From positions 32,001-96,000 of the forward strand of contig CAVTUQ010000030.1 in NCBI GenBank assembly GCA_963737905.1: DNA of 64,000 nt, in the 5' to 3' direction. The position numbers were made by a program, and so were the translations under genes. The first letter of the stretch is position 1. Every line of letters starts with the position of its first letter. Positions 1-11,291 of the stretch are shown here, piece by piece. The notes under the pieces were generated by a model, which was not told where the DNA came from, made no database searches, and saw nothing but the letters and a program-made list of their open reading frames with translations. This stretch comes from an uncultured delta proteobacterium (GTDB lineage: Bacteria > Desulfobacterota > Binatia > UBA9968).

Positions 1-493
1 GAATATCGACGGCGACCATCGGAACCCCGCATGCGTTCATGACTGTTATTGCTTCAGCGTAAAGACTGCCCACGGCGTTTTTTATCCCCGTTCCAAGAAT
101 CGCGTCCACGATCAATCCCTTCCCGCGCATCCGTTCGCTGAGCAGGCTCCGAGATCCTTCGGTAATCTCGGTGACTTTTCCACCGACTTTTACATAGGCC
201 CCGCGATTGTGAGCGGCGTCCGGTGACACCTCGTTTTTCCGCGCTAGGAGTGCAACCTCGGAAGAAATCCGTTTTTTCTTGAGCAATCGCGCGACGACGA
301 ATCCATCCCCGCCATTATTGCCTTTGCCGGCAACTACCAAAACCCCTTTTTTGGCGGCTCCTCCAAAACGTTCGAGAATCGCCTTTGCTATCCCCTCTCC
401 GGCTTGCTCCATCAAGGCGAGACTGGGCACCCCGTACTTCTGGATCGTTAACCGATCCATCTCGCGCATCTGCGCAGCGGTAACGACAAGCAT
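1..493 (-). CDS. nnr: NAD(P)H-hydrate epimerase/dehydratase (YjeF), N-terminal part, runs off the window edge
   Basis: Manual translation from ATG at 493: MLVVTAAQMREMDRLTIQKYGVPSLALMEQAG...VLVVAGKGNNGGDGFVVARLL, containing the YjeF-N GxGNNGGDG motif. Not in the ORF track because it is truncated. Confidence 0.93.
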   Translation of the reverse strand, partial: MLVVTAAQMREMDRLTIQKYGVPSLALMEQAGEGIAKAILERFGGAAKKGVLVVAGKGNNGGDGFVVARLLKKKRISSEVALLARKNEVSPDAAHNRGAYVKVGGKVTEITEGSRSLLSERMRGKGLIVDAILGTGIKNAVGSLYAEAITVMNACGVPMVAVDI

Positions 494-581
494 GGTTGAA
501 AACGTTCAAGCGTTCAAATCGTTCAACCGCTCCGCTCCGATCAAAACGGTCTTGAACCATTTGAACGTTGAATTTGAACGG
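494..581. repeat. GTTCAA/TTGAAC periodic inverted repeat element, copy 1
   Basis: Three GTTCAA units followed by three to four TTGAAC/TTGAAT units fill the pdxJ-nnr gap. Confidence 0.8.
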
Positions 582-1304
582 CTATTCTCTCGCTTTGTCG
601 AGCACTGCCCTCATCTCGCGCACAGCTTGTTCGATCCCGACGATAACCGCGCGGGCGATAATACTGTGGCCGATGTTGAGTTCGACGATTTCCGGGATGG
701 TGGCGATGGGTGGAACATTATTGTAATCGAGGCCGTGCCCCCCGTGAACTTCCAAACCGAGGCTGCGGGCAAGAGCCGCCGCTGCGGCAACTGCATCACG
801 CTCCCTGATCCGTTCGGTTTCGGCAGCGTTGCAGTACGCTCCTGTGTGGATCTCTATTGCATGAGCACCAACCGACTGACTCGCTTCTATCTGACTCTTT
901 TCGGGATCAATGAACAGGCTTACGTGGATGCCTCGTTGCTCGAGACGTCCGACGGCCTCCAGAATTTTTTGCTTGTTTGCCGCGACATCGAGACCACCTT
1001 CGGTGGTGAGCTCCTCCCGCTTTTCCGGCACGAAACACGCATCATCCGGTCGCAACCTCTCCGCAAATGCAACCATGGCTGGAGTCACAGCCATTTCTAA
1101 ATTAAGCTTTGTTCTTAGCCGTTGGCGCATGAGCTCCACGTCACGCTCCTGGATATGCCGTCGATCTTCCCGGAGATGCACGGTGATGCCATCTGCGCCG
1201 GCCTTCTCGGCCAACAACGCCGCCTCCACCGGATCCGGGACCTGGGCACGGCGCGCCTGTCGCACCGTCGCCACATGATCGACGTTGACGCCTAAACGAA
1301 TCAC
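582..1304 (-). CDS. pdxJ: Pyridoxine 5'-phosphate synthase
   Basis: [43 protein letters not shown] and ELNIGHSII motifs. Confidence 0.98.
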   Translation of the reverse strand: MIRLGVNVDHVATVRQARRAQVPDPVEAALLAEKAGADGITVHLREDRRHIQERDVELMRQRLRTKLNLEMAVTPAMVAFAERLRPDDACFVPEKREELTTEGGLDVAANKQKILEAVGRLEQRGIHVSLFIDPEKSQIEASQSVGAHAIEIHTGAYCNAAETERIRERDAVAAAAALARSLGLEVHGGHGLDYNNVPPIATIPEIVELNIGHSIIARAVIVGIEQAVREMRAVLDKARE

Positions 1305-1307
1305 GGA

Positions 1308-2765
1308 CTATGCCCCTACTTCTGCGCGAATCGCGTCGGCAATCTCGCCCGCCATCTGCTTGACCTTGTCTTCGTTTTCGCCTTCCAGCATCACTCGCGC
1401 TAGTAACTCGGTGCCGGAATAGCGGACCAGCATTCTACCCCGTTCCTTGAGATCCTCTTGTATCTTTGCCATCGTCTGCTGGACGCGCGGCATGGTTGCC
1501 AAAGCTTTCTTATCTTTCACTCGGACATTAATCAGCACTTGAGGCAGTCGGGTCATGACTTTTTTGAGCTCGCTCAGCCGTTTTCCTTTTTCCATCAACA
1601 GCGCCAGGACTTGCAGGCAGGTAATTGCGCCGTCACCAGTGGTATTGTGATCCAAAAAAACGATGTGGCCCGACTGCTCACCGCCCAGGTTGTGTCCGCC
1701 AGCCAGCATCCGTTCGACCACGTAACGGTCCCCGACTTCGGTGCGCAGCAGTGTAATCCCGAGATCTTTTAGCGCGAGCTCCAGGCCAAGATTGCTCATC
1801 ACCGTAGCCACAACGGTTTTCTGCTTGAGGGTTCCCTTCTCTTGCATGTCTTTCGCACACATAGCTAGAACTTGATCGCCGTCCAATATTTCACCGGTTT
1901 CATCGACGAACAGCGCGCGATCCGCGTCCCCGTCCAAAGACACCGCGAAATCCGCATGTTCGTGCAACAGAACGTCTCGCGCGGTCTCCGGATGGAGGGC
2001 CCCGCAACGGCGGTTGATATTTTCGCCGTCGGGCTGAACCCCCAGCGGAATCACCTCGGCGCCCAACTCCGATAAAACCTCCGGCACAACCCGATAGGCG
2101 GCGCCATGGCCGCAATCGGTGACGATGCGTAGCCCCTCTAAAGTGAGATGACGTGGAAAACTGTTTTTTAGGAACACGATATACCGACCCACCGCATCGC
2201 TGATCCGAACGGCCTTACCGATCTTAGAAGCGGTGGGTCGGTCATGTTCCGTCTCGCCGTTGAAAATCATCTCCTCCATCCGTGCTTCGACTTCGTCCGG
2301 CAACTTAAATCCATCCCACGAGAAGAATTTGATGCCGTTATCCTGATAAGGGTTGTGGGAAGCCGAAATCACCACACCCGCATCCGCTCTCATGCTGCGG
2401 GTGAGAAAGGCGACACCTGGCGTGGGCATGGGACCCACGAGTTGCACATCCGCTCCCATGGAACAAATACCTGAAGCCAGCGCCGTTTCCAGCATGTAAC
2501 CAGATAACCGGGTGTCTTTGCCGATAAGGATTTTGTAGCGATGCCCCGTGTCCCCGCCGAGTATTTTCGTTAGAGACGGTGGGCTGCGGCGCCCCGATCC
2601 GTTATCGGGTTGCGCTACCGGATCCTGCAGGACCCGGGCAATCGCTCGTCCCAACTTGAGCGCCATTTCCGATGTCATCGGCTCCTGGTTCGCGACTCCT
2701 CTGACGCCGTCGGTTCCGAAAAGGCGGCGCTCGGGTTTCTTTTTTTTCTCTTCTGCTTGGGCCAT
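1308..2765 (-). CDS. glmM: Phosphoglucosamine mutase
   Basis: [28 protein letters not shown] and GGEQSGH motifs; sits downstream of cdaA-cdaR. Confidence 0.97.
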   Translation of the reverse strand: MAQAEEKKKKPERRLFGTDGVRGVANQEPMTSEMALKLGRAIARVLQDPVAQPDNGSGRRSPPSLTKILGGDTGHRYKILIGKDTRLSGYMLETALASGICSMGADVQLVGPMPTPGVAFLTRSMRADAGVVISASHNPYQDNGIKFFSWDGFKLPDEVEARMEEMIFNGETEHDRPTASKIGKAVRISDAVGRYIVFLKNSFPRHLTLEGLRIVTDCGHGAAYRVVPEVLSELGAEVIPLGVQPDGENINRRCGALHPETARDVLLHEHADFAVSLDGDADRALFVDETGEILDGDQVLAMCAKDMQEKGTLKQKTVVATVMSNLGLELALKDLGITLLRTEVGDRYVVERMLAGGHNLGGEQSGHIVFLDHNTTGDGAITCLQVLALLMEKGKRLSELKKVMTRLPQVLINVRVKDKKALATMPRVQQTMAKIQEDLKERGRMLVRYSGTELLARVMLEGENEDKVKQMAGEIADAIRAEVGA

Positions 2766-2784
2766 CGATCTCAACTCCTTCTTG

Positions 2785-3723
2785 CTAAGAGGACCTCGGC
2801 TCTGCTTTCGTGATTCGAACTTTAAATCGCTGTGGCTTTTGCTCCGTCACTTTAACCTCAGGCGGTAAACTAATGCTCAGCGGAACGGAATGTTCCCCGG
2901 GTGCCAACCCCTTTAGGTTCAGATAAACTTGATCCGTTCCTAGTTCAAGCTTTTCAATGACGTCCCTGGGACCCGAGAGCCGCAAATAGACCGATCGCGG
3001 GCTTACGATATATTTCCCCGAAAACCCTTTCGCTTCCACGTCAATATCGGTGAAAGCTCGGCTGACTTCCTCTTCTTCCATGGTTATCGCAACCTCTACC
3101 TGGTCCGGAGAGAACGAAAACGGTTTTCCATCCGTCGAGAGTCGAACCTTGCGCCTGATAGTACTACGGCTGTCCTCGAGATCGATGGGAAGAGTCTCCA
3201 CGGATGCGAGGCGACGTACTTCTTCCGCGGGTCCGAGAACCGAAATACGTGCAGGATCCACTAACGTCTCTGCGATCTTGTGCCCCGCGGCCGGCCTGTT
3301 GACAAAGCGCACCACCACCGGCAGCACCCGCCTCAGGACCGGTTCCAAACGCAAATGAATGACCGGCGGAGTAATCCGTGCAATCGTCACGCCGCGGGGA
3401 ATGTTAAAAAAACTGGGTCCCAGTGGATAACTTACGGACCCTGGCTTCGCGCCATCAAGATCCAAGCCGAGCTTCAAGTCCCCCGCATCCAAGGTGGACA
3501 CTAAAGTCCGAGGCCCGGTTAAGCGTAAAACCACGTAGTCCACGCGATTATCCATAACCATGAGGTCGGAGGGAATGCTGCGGAATTCGACCGGCACCTC
3601 AACGGCTCGCTCGACGTCCCGATGGCCCGCCACCCAAAGTCCCACAGCGATAACGATCGCAAGGACCTTGAGTCCGAAATTGCTCCCCGCAAGCGAAACG
3701 ATTTTGTCCCACACAAACTTCAT
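2785..3723 (-). CDS. cdaR: CdaR/YbbR-domain regulator of diadenylate cyclase
   Basis: N-terminal TM ([14 protein letters not shown]) followed by three YbbR-like repeats; lies between cdaA and glmM. Confidence 0.88.
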   Translation of the reverse strand: MKFVWDKIVSLAGSNFGLKVLAIVIAVGLWVAGHRDVERAVEVPVEFRSIPSDLMVMDNRVDYVVLRLTGPRTLVSTLDAGDLKLGLDLDGAKPGSVSYPLGPSFFNIPRGVTIARITPPVIHLRLEPVLRRVLPVVVRFVNRPAAGHKIAETLVDPARISVLGPAEEVRRLASVETLPIDLEDSRSTIRRKVRLSTDGKPFSFSPDQVEVAITMEEEEVSRAFTDIDVEAKGFSGKYIVSPRSVYLRLSGPRDVIEKLELGTDQVYLNLKGLAPGEHSVPLSISLPPEVKVTEQKPQRFKVRITKAEPRSS

Positions 3724-4475
3724 GAACCGACCAACTCGCGCAGGGCGTTTCTCAGCCTCGGACCGTCGATGTTCTCTGTAACGTTGCCACCGACCACGAG
3801 GGCGACCGTCCCTTCTTGCTCCGAAATGACAATCGCGACGGCATCCGTTTCTTCAGTGACACCGATGGCGGCGCGATGCCGCGTTCCCCAACTTTTTCTC
3901 AAGTTTGGATTGGTGCTGAGTGGCAGCAGGCAGCGAACCGCAGTGATTTTACCCCTTTGGATGACGAGAGCGCCATCGTGAATCGGCGAATGGGGTTGAA
4001 AAACGCTTTCCATTAACTCGCGGCTGACCCGGGCATCCAGACGCGTACCGATTTCCATATACTCATTTAGCCCCACCTCACGTTGCCAAACGATCAAAGC
4101 GCCAAAGCGTTTCTCAGCCAGCACCATCGCCGCCGGGACCACGTCTTCGATAATATCGTCCCGTCGTTGAACCATCCGCTCGGCGGCGAAAAGCGGCGCC
4201 GTGCCTACCCGCGTCAGCGCTCGGCGGATATCACTTTGAAAGATAACGATGATGACTAAGATGATCGATCCAAGAAAATTATCCAGAATCCAATTCAAGG
4301 TGAACAGCCCCAAGGCACGCGAAAGAACAAAAGCCGTCATGATCACTGCCAAACCAGTGACCATCTGCATCGCGCGGCTCCCTCGCAAGATTTGCAGCAA
4401 GCGGTAGATCAGAAACGTGATAATCCCGAGATCGACCCCGTCCTGCCAGCGTAGTTGACCGATCATCTCAAGCAC
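3720..4475 (-). CDS. cdaA: Membrane diadenylate cyclase CdaA/DacA
   Basis: Three N-terminal TM helices and the DAC motifs HDGA and GTRHRAA; GTG at 4475 preferred as start. Confidence 0.95.
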   Translation of the reverse strand: MLEMIGQLRWQDGVDLGIITFLIYRLLQILRGSRAMQMVTGLAVIMTAFVLSRALGLFTLNWILDNFLGSIILVIIVIFQSDIRRALTRVGTAPLFAAERMVQRRDDIIEDVVPAAMVLAEKRFGALIVWQREVGLNEYMEIGTRLDARVSRELMESVFQPHSPIHDGALVIQRGKITAVRCLLPLSTNPNLRKSWGTRHRAAIGVTEETDAVAIVISEQEGTVALVVGGNVTENIDGPRLRNALRELVGS

Positions 4476-4479
4476 GGGA

Positions 4480-5412
4480 TTACCTTTCCGGTCCCGGAAC
4501 ACCGAAGCGGATTGCATCGGCGACACGAATGGCCTTGCGCGTTTCCTTCACATCATGCACGCGAAGAATAACAGCGCCACCGAACACAGCAGCGATGGCG
4601 GCAGCGAGACTGCCTTCCAATCGTTCATCAGGCTCAACCCCGAGGATCCTCCCGATAAACGTTTTGCGTGATGCTCCGACCAGCAGCGGTTGTCCCAGGG
4701 AGGCGAGTGTGGGCAGCCCTCTGAGCAAAGTCAGATTGTGATCGAGGGTCTTTCCGAAACCGATGCCAGGATCGATGATGATATTCTCCCGTTCTATGCC
4801 TGCCTCAACAGCAAAGCGAACTTGAGCCGTCAAAAAATCCTGCACCTCTTGAAGCACGTTATTATAGCAAGGTTCTGTTTGCATTGTCTGCGGTGTTCCC
4901 TGCATGTGCATGAGCACAACCGGAACTTTTTCTGCGGCGAGCAGGACCGGCATCCGGGAGTCAGCCCTCAGCGCGCTGATATCGTTGACGATATCAGAAC
5001 CTTCATTCAAAGCCGCCTGGGCCACCCGCGCTTTGTACGTGTCAATCGAGATCGGCACCTGCACCGACCGGCGGAGTCCTCGTATAACGGGCAGAACCCG
5101 TTGCAGTTCTTCCTCCACGGATACCGGGCCTGCCCCGGGGCGCGTCGACTCTCCCCCGATGTCGATCATGTCAGCGCCCGCCTCGACCAGGTCTATCCCA
5201 TCCGCCACCGCTCTCTCGGGATCCAGCCGTTTTCCGCCATCATAAAAAGAATCGGGAGTAACATTGATAATGCCCATCAAAAGGGTCCGCCGCTTCGGGT
5301 CCATCGCACCGTGGCGGGTTTTAATCACGCAACGGCTGGCGTGCATCGAGTCCAAGCCTTCGTCAAAATCCCCGACTGAGAGCTTGGCGTTATGAATCTT
5401 GGCTTCGGACAT
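4480..5412 (-). CDS. folP: Dihydropteroate synthase
   Basis: MGIINVTPDSFYDGG, DIGGESTRPG, DPGIGFGK, SRK and RVHDV motifs; exact start uncertain. Confidence 0.97.
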   Translation of the reverse strand: MSEAKIHNAKLSVGDFDEGLDSMHASRCVIKTRHGAMDPKRRTLLMGIINVTPDSFYDGGKRLDPERAVADGIDLVEAGADMIDIGGESTRPGAGPVSVEEELQRVLPVIRGLRRSVQVPISIDTYKARVAQAALNEGSDIVNDISALRADSRMPVLLAAEKVPVVLMHMQGTPQTMQTEPCYNNVLQEVQDFLTAQVRFAVEAGIERENIIIDPGIGFGKTLDHNLTLLRGLPTLASLGQPLLVGASRKTFIGRILGVEPDERLEGSLAAAIAAVFGGAVILRVHDVKETRKAIRVADAIRFGVPGPER

Positions 5413-5561
5413 CGTCAATTTTAACCGATTTTTTCAACCGGAAATTAAAGTGTTCGCAACCCGCTTGCTGTGAAACGGCTCGCGGCAGGCACCAGAGAGA
5501 TTTTCGGGATGGAGAGTGGAGCTCCGAGGGGCTACTGGCTCAATCCAGCTAAAATGCAAAT

Positions 5562-7400
5562 CTATGCAATGGCCGCGGCGGTTGAAGAGGCGAGCGGGTC
5601 TCCACCGTTCCCGCCAAACTCTCTAACGATGGCGTCGATCTCCGAGCCGTCCAGGACCTCTTTTTCGAGCAGCATCTCCGCTACCTTGTGCAGCAATCGG
5701 AGGTTGGTCTTCAACAGATCCTTTGCTCGATGGTAGCTCTCTTGGATAATGCGTCTGACCTCGGCGTCGATCTCGATAGCGGTGTTCTCGGAGTAATCGA
5801 CTTTTTGAGTAAAATCTCTTCCCAGAAAAATCTCTTCCTCCTTCTTACCGAAAGTCATGGGCCCCAGTTTTTCGCTCATGCCCCATTCGCACACCATCCG
5901 GCGCGCTAGATCCGTTGCCTTTTCGATATCGTTGCCCGCGCCGGTGGTCATGTGCTCGAGCACCAATTCTTCCGCCACCCGGCCGCCAAAAAGAATCACG
6001 AGGTTGTTGAGAAGATATTCCCTGGGATAAGTATGTTTCTCGTCCATGGGAAGCTGCTGCGTCAAGCCCAGCGCCATACCACGCGGAATAATGGTGACCT
6101 TATGGATCGGATCGGCTCCCGGAAGTAGTTTCGCTACCAAAGCGTGGCCGGCTTCATGATAAGCTGTATTGCGCTTCTCTTCATCGCTGATAATCATGCT
6201 GCGCCGCTCCGCGCCCATCATCACCTTGTCTTTAGCGAGCTCGAAGTCGCCCATGTCGACTTTTTCTTTGTTATTGCGTGCTGCCAGCAGCGCCGCTTCG
6301 TTCACGAGATTCTCCAGGTCGGCGCCGGCGAACCCCGGTGTAGCCCGCGCCAGCACGCTGACATCCACATCGGTCGCCAACGGAACCTTACGGGTGTGAA
6401 CCTGCAGGATACCTTCCCGACCTTTGACGTCCGGGCGCGGTACCACGACTCTTCGATCGAATCGCCCTGGACGCAGCAGCGCCGGATCCAAAACATCGGG
6501 ACGGTTAGTCGCTGCGATAAGAATAACGCCCTCGTTGGCTTCGAAACCGTCCATCTCAACTAACAATTGATTCAACGTTTGTTCACGTTCGTCATGGCCC
6601 CCGCCAAGCCCGGCTCCGCGGTGACGACCGACAGCATCAATCTCGTCGATGAAGATAATGCACGGCGCGTTCTTTTTGCCTTGAACAAACAGATCGCGCA
6701 CGCGGGATGCACCTACGCCCACGAACATTTCAACGAAGTCGGAGCCGCTAATGCTAAAAAACGGCACTCCGGCCTCGCCAGCAATGGCTCGCGCCAGCAG
6801 GGTCTTACCCGTTCCCGGAGGCCCCACCAGAAGGCATCCTTTAGGGATTCGCCCGCCAAGTTTGGTAAATTTCTTAGGGTCTTTTAGAAAAGCGATGATT
6901 TCTTGTAGGTCGTCTTTGGCTTCGTCTACGCCGGCAACATCGCTAAAAGTCACGCGATGTTGATTCTCGGTGAGCAGCTTCGCACGGCTCTTGCCAAAGG
7001 ACATCGCTTTGCCGCCGCCCACTTGCATCTGTCGCATGAAGAAAATCCAAACGCCGATCAGAAGCAACATGGGGAACCAGTTGAGCAACAACACCATATA
7101 CCAGGGCGATTCGTCTTCGGGCTTTGCCGCGATCTTGACATTCTTATCCCGCAGCGATTTCACCAACTCCGGGTCATTGGGTGCAAAGGTTCGAAATCGT
7201 TCGCCGTTTTTGTATTTGCCCTGAATGTTGTGGCCTTGGATGATGACTTCCTGGATGTCCCCTCGATCGACCGAACTCATGAAGTCGCTAAAAACAATCT
7301 CTGGCTCGCGGCCATGCTGTTTACTGAAAACGCTGAAGATCACCAGAAAAATCAGCGCCAGAACCAACCAGAGGGCAATGTGTTTTGATGACTGGCTCAA
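5562..7400 (-). CDS. ftsH: ATP-dependent zinc metalloprotease FtsH
   Basis: Two TM helices, Walker [18 protein letters not shown] region and HEAGH zinc motif. Confidence 0.99.
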   Translation of the reverse strand: MSQSSKHIALWLVLALIFLVIFSVFSKQHGREPEIVFSDFMSSVDRGDIQEVIIQGHNIQGKYKNGERFRTFAPNDPELVKSLRDKNVKIAAKPEDESPWYMVLLLNWFPMLLLIGVWIFFMRQMQVGGGKAMSFGKSRAKLLTENQHRVTFSDVAGVDEAKDDLQEIIAFLKDPKKFTKLGGRIPKGCLLVGPPGTGKTLLARAIAGEAGVPFFSISGSDFVEMFVGVGASRVRDLFVQGKKNAPCIIFIDEIDAVGRHRGAGLGGGHDEREQTLNQLLVEMDGFEANEGVILIAATNRPDVLDPALLRPGRFDRRVVVPRPDVKGREGILQVHTRKVPLATDVDVSVLARATPGFAGADLENLVNEAALLAARNNKEKVDMGDFELAKDKVMMGAERRSMIISDEEKRNTAYHEAGHALVAKLLPGADPIHKVTIIPRGMALGLTQQLPMDEKHTYPREYLLNNLVILFGGRVAEELVLEHMTTGAGNDIEKATDLARRMVCEWGMSEKLGPMTFGKKEEEIFLGRDFTQKVDYSENTAIEIDAEVRRIIQESYHRAKDLLKTNLRLLHKVAEMLLEKEVLDGSEIDAIVREFGGNGGDPLASSTAAAIA

Positions 7401-7455
7401 CCCAATCCTCCGTATCTGAAAAACATGAAAAGCCTAACACACCCAAGCAGTTAGA

Positions 7456-8892
7456 TCAACATACTAAAGTCCGAACAGGAACTGCTTTGAGATGCAAAAT
7501 CGCCTTGGTTGCGGGAGTCACCTTGCCGACTTCGCTTCTAGCGTATCCAGGGATCCAGATAACCTCGTTGCCAAGCACCAGAAGCGGCAAACTCGCGCGA
7601 ACCGATAGCGGCACTTTTTTGTCAATGAAGAGTTCCTTCACTTTCTTATGGCCGGTCATACCGAGGGGCTGGAAGCGGTCGCCGTAACGAAAGTTGCGTA
7701 ATGTCAAATCCGCGGCCAGAGAGGCGATATCAAACACAGCTTCCATGAAATTATCAGGTAGCCTTGGAAGCGGCGGTAAAATCTCTCGCGCCTGAATCGT
7801 CAAGCCGGCTTCGTCAATGTGCAAATCCTCACCGACCTGTAGGTCATAGCTATAACACGCGCACTCTTGCTTCAGCCTTCGAGACCGTTTTTCGAGTCTT
7901 ACTTTCTCATACTCCTTAACCAATTCCCAGCCGCCGGGAATTGAAAGGCGCCCCTGAGGAGGTCCATCCGTTACCAGATCCAACAGCGCCTCGATATGCT
8001 GAAAATCCAGACCCCGCAAGTGACCCCGAGCGGCTTCGATCCAGAGACGCAAGAGTCGCCGCTGCACGGCTTTGTTGCACTTGAGCAATGCCCCACGACT
8101 GATTCCTTCGGGTGTCCCAATTCGGTCAAGCTCAGCACGCGCGAGCCCCTCCAGGAACTCCTCTTCATCTCGAATTAACTCCGCCTGCTGCGCCAATCTC
8201 ACAGGCAAATTCCGATCCATTCTTTCTTTCAATTGAGGAATCAATTTTAGGCGAATCCAGTTGCGCAAGAAGCTGGGATCCTGATTACTGCGATCGAGCC
8301 GGAAGGTCAGGTGGTTTTCATTCAAGTACTGTACGATCTGGGCTTCGGACACGTCGAGCAATGGACGAATCACGATGAGACGGCTAGCCGACTCGATGTT
8401 CGCTCCATCGAGCTCATAGCTGGACGGCATCCCACCTAAACCCTTCAAGCCAGAGCCGCGCAGGAACCACATCAGCACGGTTTCCGCTTGGTCGTCCTCT
8501 GTATGCGCGGTGGCGATTTTATTAAGCCTGCGCTCCCGAGCCACGTCGGCAAAAAAACGATATCGTTCCGCCCGCGCCAGCGCCTCGAGATTGCCTTTTC
8601 CGGCCGCAACTTTGATCCGGGGCAGATCGACCTCCTTGAGATGAAACGGCAACCCTAACTTTTCCGCCAACTCCGCCACAAACCGTGCGTCCTCTTGAGC
8701 CTCCGCCCCGCGAATCCCATGCTGCAAATGCGCCACTTCGAGGCGCAAGCTGAGATCTTGGCGAAGGCCGGCGAGAAGATGTAGCAGCGCGACCGAATCG
8801 GGTCCGCCGGAAACCGCAACCAGCAAATCGTCGCCCCGCGAGATCATTTGATGCTTATCGATGTTTCTTTTGACTTGGTCGTTAAGTGTCAT
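7456..8892 (-). CDS. tilS: tRNA(Ile)-lysidine synthetase
   Basis: AVSGGPDS PP-loop, ATAHTEDDQAET, RPLL, RNWIR and TilS C-terminal domain; start set at MTLNDQ (8892). Confidence 0.96.
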   Translation of the reverse strand: MTLNDQVKRNIDKHQMISRGDDLLVAVSGGPDSVALLHLLAGLRQDLSLRLEVAHLQHGIRGAEAQEDARFVAELAEKLGLPFHLKEVDLPRIKVAAGKGNLEALARAERYRFFADVARERRLNKIATAHTEDDQAETVLMWFLRGSGLKGLGGMPSSYELDGANIESASRLIVIRPLLDVSEAQIVQYLNENHLTFRLDRSNQDPSFLRNWIRLKLIPQLKERMDRNLPVRLAQQAELIRDEEEFLEGLARAELDRIGTPEGISRGALLKCNKAVQRRLLRLWIEAARGHLRGLDFQHIEALLDLVTDGPPQGRLSIPGGWELVKEYEKVRLEKRSRRLKQECACYSYDLQVGEDLHIDEAGLTIQAREILPPLPRLPDNFMEAVFDIASLAADLTLRNFRYGDRFQPLGMTGHKKVKELFIDKKVPLSVRASLPLLVLGNEVIWIPGYARSEVGKVTPATKAILHLKAVPVRTLVC

Positions 8893-8948
8893 CACCAAAT
8901 CCTTGAGGCTTTTGCACGGGCAAATCAAATGCGGCGAAGGTAGTAACG

Positions 8949-10088
8949 TTAAATGTTTGGCTTCCCGACATAGCCGGTCATTTCCACATACCCTGAGCCG
9001 ACAATCGGCTTGTTTCGGATCATCCCGTTGACACGTGCCGCGCCTTCCCAATACGTCACCCGCGTGCTTCTGTTGGTGATGAGTTCCTGGTCCGTAAACT
9101 CCGGCGCGATTGCTAACTCAATACCCTCTGAAGGAATCGTTACTTTCCACTTCATGGGGTAATTTCCGCCGCTCTTCGCACTCTTCCATCGTTCCAACAC
9201 CTCAATTTGGAAATCTTCCAACCTCAGATGTTTCGTCGTACCGTCCGCTTTTACCAGGGTGCCGCTGGAGTAAGGATCGGGCGATCCGTCCTTTCGGCGA
9301 ATCAAATAGAGCATGATCTCAGTTTCATTATCGAGCTGAAGGCTGAACCAGTCCCAGCCCACCTGATCTTCTCGCAATTGATTGCTGCCAAATTCATGGT
9401 CCATCCAACTCAATCCGTGGACTTTTTCTTTTTGGCCGCCAATCGTAATCTCCCCTTCGGTTTTCATGCGCGTCAACGAATAATAGTAAGAAGCCCGTCC
9501 TTCGCCTTGCCCCTTTTGGCTGAGACCGTTGTCACCATGAAGAACCGGCGGCTTGAGCGAAACCAACCGGAGCCGCAGCTCCGTTCCCCGGTCGCTTGCC
9601 TGGATCTGGTGATTTTTTTCATCGCCCTCCACTTTCCAATCTTCGTTCCAAACCCGGTAACGATCCGTCTCGGCGCCGGCCTTTCCTTGATAGCCGCGAT
9701 TGATTCTCTCTCGAAATAGGAATTTCTTCCGGTCGATATCCGATACGGCGAAATGAGCCATGTAGAGATCAGTGAAATACGGTGGCTTGCCTTTGACCTC
9801 ACCCTGTCGGTCGCGCAGGCCGAACCGGAAAAAAGTAACCTGGTAACCATAATGATTGCCGGTCTCGGACTCCAGGTGACCTGTGTAGTACCACCACTCG
9901 GTTTTGAAATCCGGGTGGGAATAGTGATCGGCCGGGAAGGAAAGCTTGCGTCCGGGTAACGCCAGCTGGTACGTAAAGCCACCCTCACCCTCCCCTCTCC
10001 CTGGCAGGGAGAGGGTTGAAACGAGGACGAATAGAAAAAGCCGCAAAGAGATTGTGAACAACACTTTTAGGTTCTTCCTAGATCCCAT
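8949..10088 (-). CDS. Secreted AttH/CrtC-like lipocalin-fold hydrolase (carotenoid 1,2-hydratase family)
   Basis: FPADHYSHPDFKTEWWYYTG, SWMDHEF, GWDWFSLQL, YWEG and GYVEMTGY motifs; N-terminal signal-like segment. Confidence 0.88.
   Translation of the reverse strand: MGSRKNLKVLFTISLRLFLFVLVSTLSLPGRGEGEGGFTYQLALPGRKLSFPADHYSHPDFKTEWWYYTGHLESETGNHYGYQVTFFRFGLRDRQGEVKGKPPYFTDLYMAHFAVSDIDRKKFLFRERINRGYQGKAGAETDRYRVWNEDWKVEGDEKNHQIQASDRGTELRLRLVSLKPPVLHGDNGLSQKGQGEGRASYYYSLTRMKTEGEITIGGQKEKVHGLSWMDHEFGSNQLREDQVGWDWFSLQLDNETEIMLYLIRRKDGSPDPYSSGTLVKADGTTKHLRLEDFQIEVLERWKSAKSGGNYPMKWKVTIPSEGIELAIAPEFTDQELITNRSTRVTYWEGAARVNGMIRNKPIVGSGYVEMTGYVGKPNI
9982..10015. repeat. CCCTCACCC...CCCTCTCCC palindromic element lying in-frame inside a CDS
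   Basis: CCCTCACCCTC followed by the perfect hairpin CCCTCTCCCTG-G-CAGGGAGAGGG; the minus strand reads TLSLPGRGEGEG. Confidence 0.75.
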
Positions 10089-10120
10089 ATTTGCAGAGGC
10101 AATTTGACTAATGCTATAGG

Positions 10121-10960
10121 GTGTCTATGGAAAAACAATACATGCGCGAAACGTTGCTCACAACACCGGCTGAATTACAGAAAAAACTCGGTTCACCTGA
10201 TCTCTGCCTCGTCGACGTTCGGCCGGCGGAGCAATTTGCTCAAGGTCACATCCCGGGCGCGGTTCATTTTGATCTTTTTGGTCTCAGCTTAGTCGACACC
10301 AGCGAAGCGCCGCTCAGGGCATTCATGTATATGATCCATCATGTGCTCGAGCTACGCGGCGTGAGCGAAACCAAGGAAGTTGTCTTTTACGAAAGCAACT
10401 CCGGCATGCGCGCGGCACGGGGACTGTGGTTTTTGGAATATTTCGGCCACCCTAATGCGCGCATGCTCGACGGGGGCTTCGACGCATGGAAGAGAGCGGG
10501 CGGGACGATCACGACGGAATCAGTCGTTCCGAAGGCAGCGACTTTCAAAACCACCGAGCGCCGGGAAGTCCTGGCTACGGCGGACGACGTTCTTAAATCA
10601 CTCCAGAAGAAAGAGTTTTCCATACTCGATACCCGCAGCGATGGCGAATATCTTGGCACCCACGTCCGCGCCGCCCGCGGTGGAGCCATCCCGGGCGCCA
10701 TTCACATCGAGTGGACCGACAATCTCGACGCCAGTGGCAAATTCAAATCCAACGCGGAGCTAAAAGCCATGTACGACAAAGCCGGCATCAGCCCGGACAA
10801 AGAAGTACTCTCCTACTGCCAGGGTGGTTATCGCGCGGCGCATAGCTATGTTGCGCTGCGCCTGCTCAGCTTCCCAAAAGTCAGAAACTATATCGGCTCC
10901 TGGAAAGAATGGGGCGACCGCGCCGACCTGCCGATTGAAATCCCGAGAGCAAAGCAGTGA
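10121..10960 (+). CDS. Tandem-rhodanese sulfurtransferase (SseA/CysA family)
   Basis: GHIPGAV, LDGG, catalytic loop CQGGYR and YIGSWKEW; the true start may be MRETLL at 10142. Confidence 0.93.
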   Translation: MSMEKQYMRETLLTTPAELQKKLGSPDLCLVDVRPAEQFAQGHIPGAVHFDLFGLSLVDTSEAPLRAFMYMIHHVLELRGVSETKEVVFYESNSGMRAARGLWFLEYFGHPNARMLDGGFDAWKRAGGTITTESVVPKAATFKTTERREVLATADDVLKSLQKKEFSILDTRSDGEYLGTHVRAARGGAIPGAIHIEWTDNLDASGKFKSNAELKAMYDKAGISPDKEVLSYCQGGYRAAHSYVALRLLSFPKVRNYIGSWKEWGDRADLPIEIPRAKQ

Positions 10961-11208
10961 CTTCGACGCTTTCCACATTTAACAACGCTCTATTACTATG
11001 CCTGCTGGCCTCGCTTGCACAGACTGACTTATCATTCGCCACGGAAGCTAGAAAAGTGACTCTGTCTTATTCTGCGGTGAGCATGACCTGGTTTCCGGTG
11101 AAGGTAGCCGTGGAGAAGGGGTTTTTCCGGAATGAAGCATCGAGTGGAGTTTCATCCAACAACAAACGAAAAAAACCACCGTGCCAGTTTCCATCGCTCA
11201 TGATATGA
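10957..11208 (+). pseudogene. N-terminal fragment of an NMT1/SsuA-type solute-binding protein
   Basis: Signal peptide plus KVTLSYSAVSMTWFPVKVAVEKGFFRNE, the typical SBP start; homology is lost after about 60 aa. Confidence 0.65.
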
Positions 11209-11291
11209 CTTTACTCAAAGAAGTGCAGCGTGACCTTGGCATGTAGCAACCGGCCGCAAAATCAAACCACTTAAGAATAAGGAGTAATTCC

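Noticed and set aside
279-1100. 273-aa plus-strand ORF
   Set aside because: Antisense to pdxJ and nnr, which have clear family motifs.
1308-4475. c-di-AMP operon as a novelty
   Set aside because: cdaA-cdaR-glmM is a well-known conserved arrangement, including in Deltaproteobacteria.
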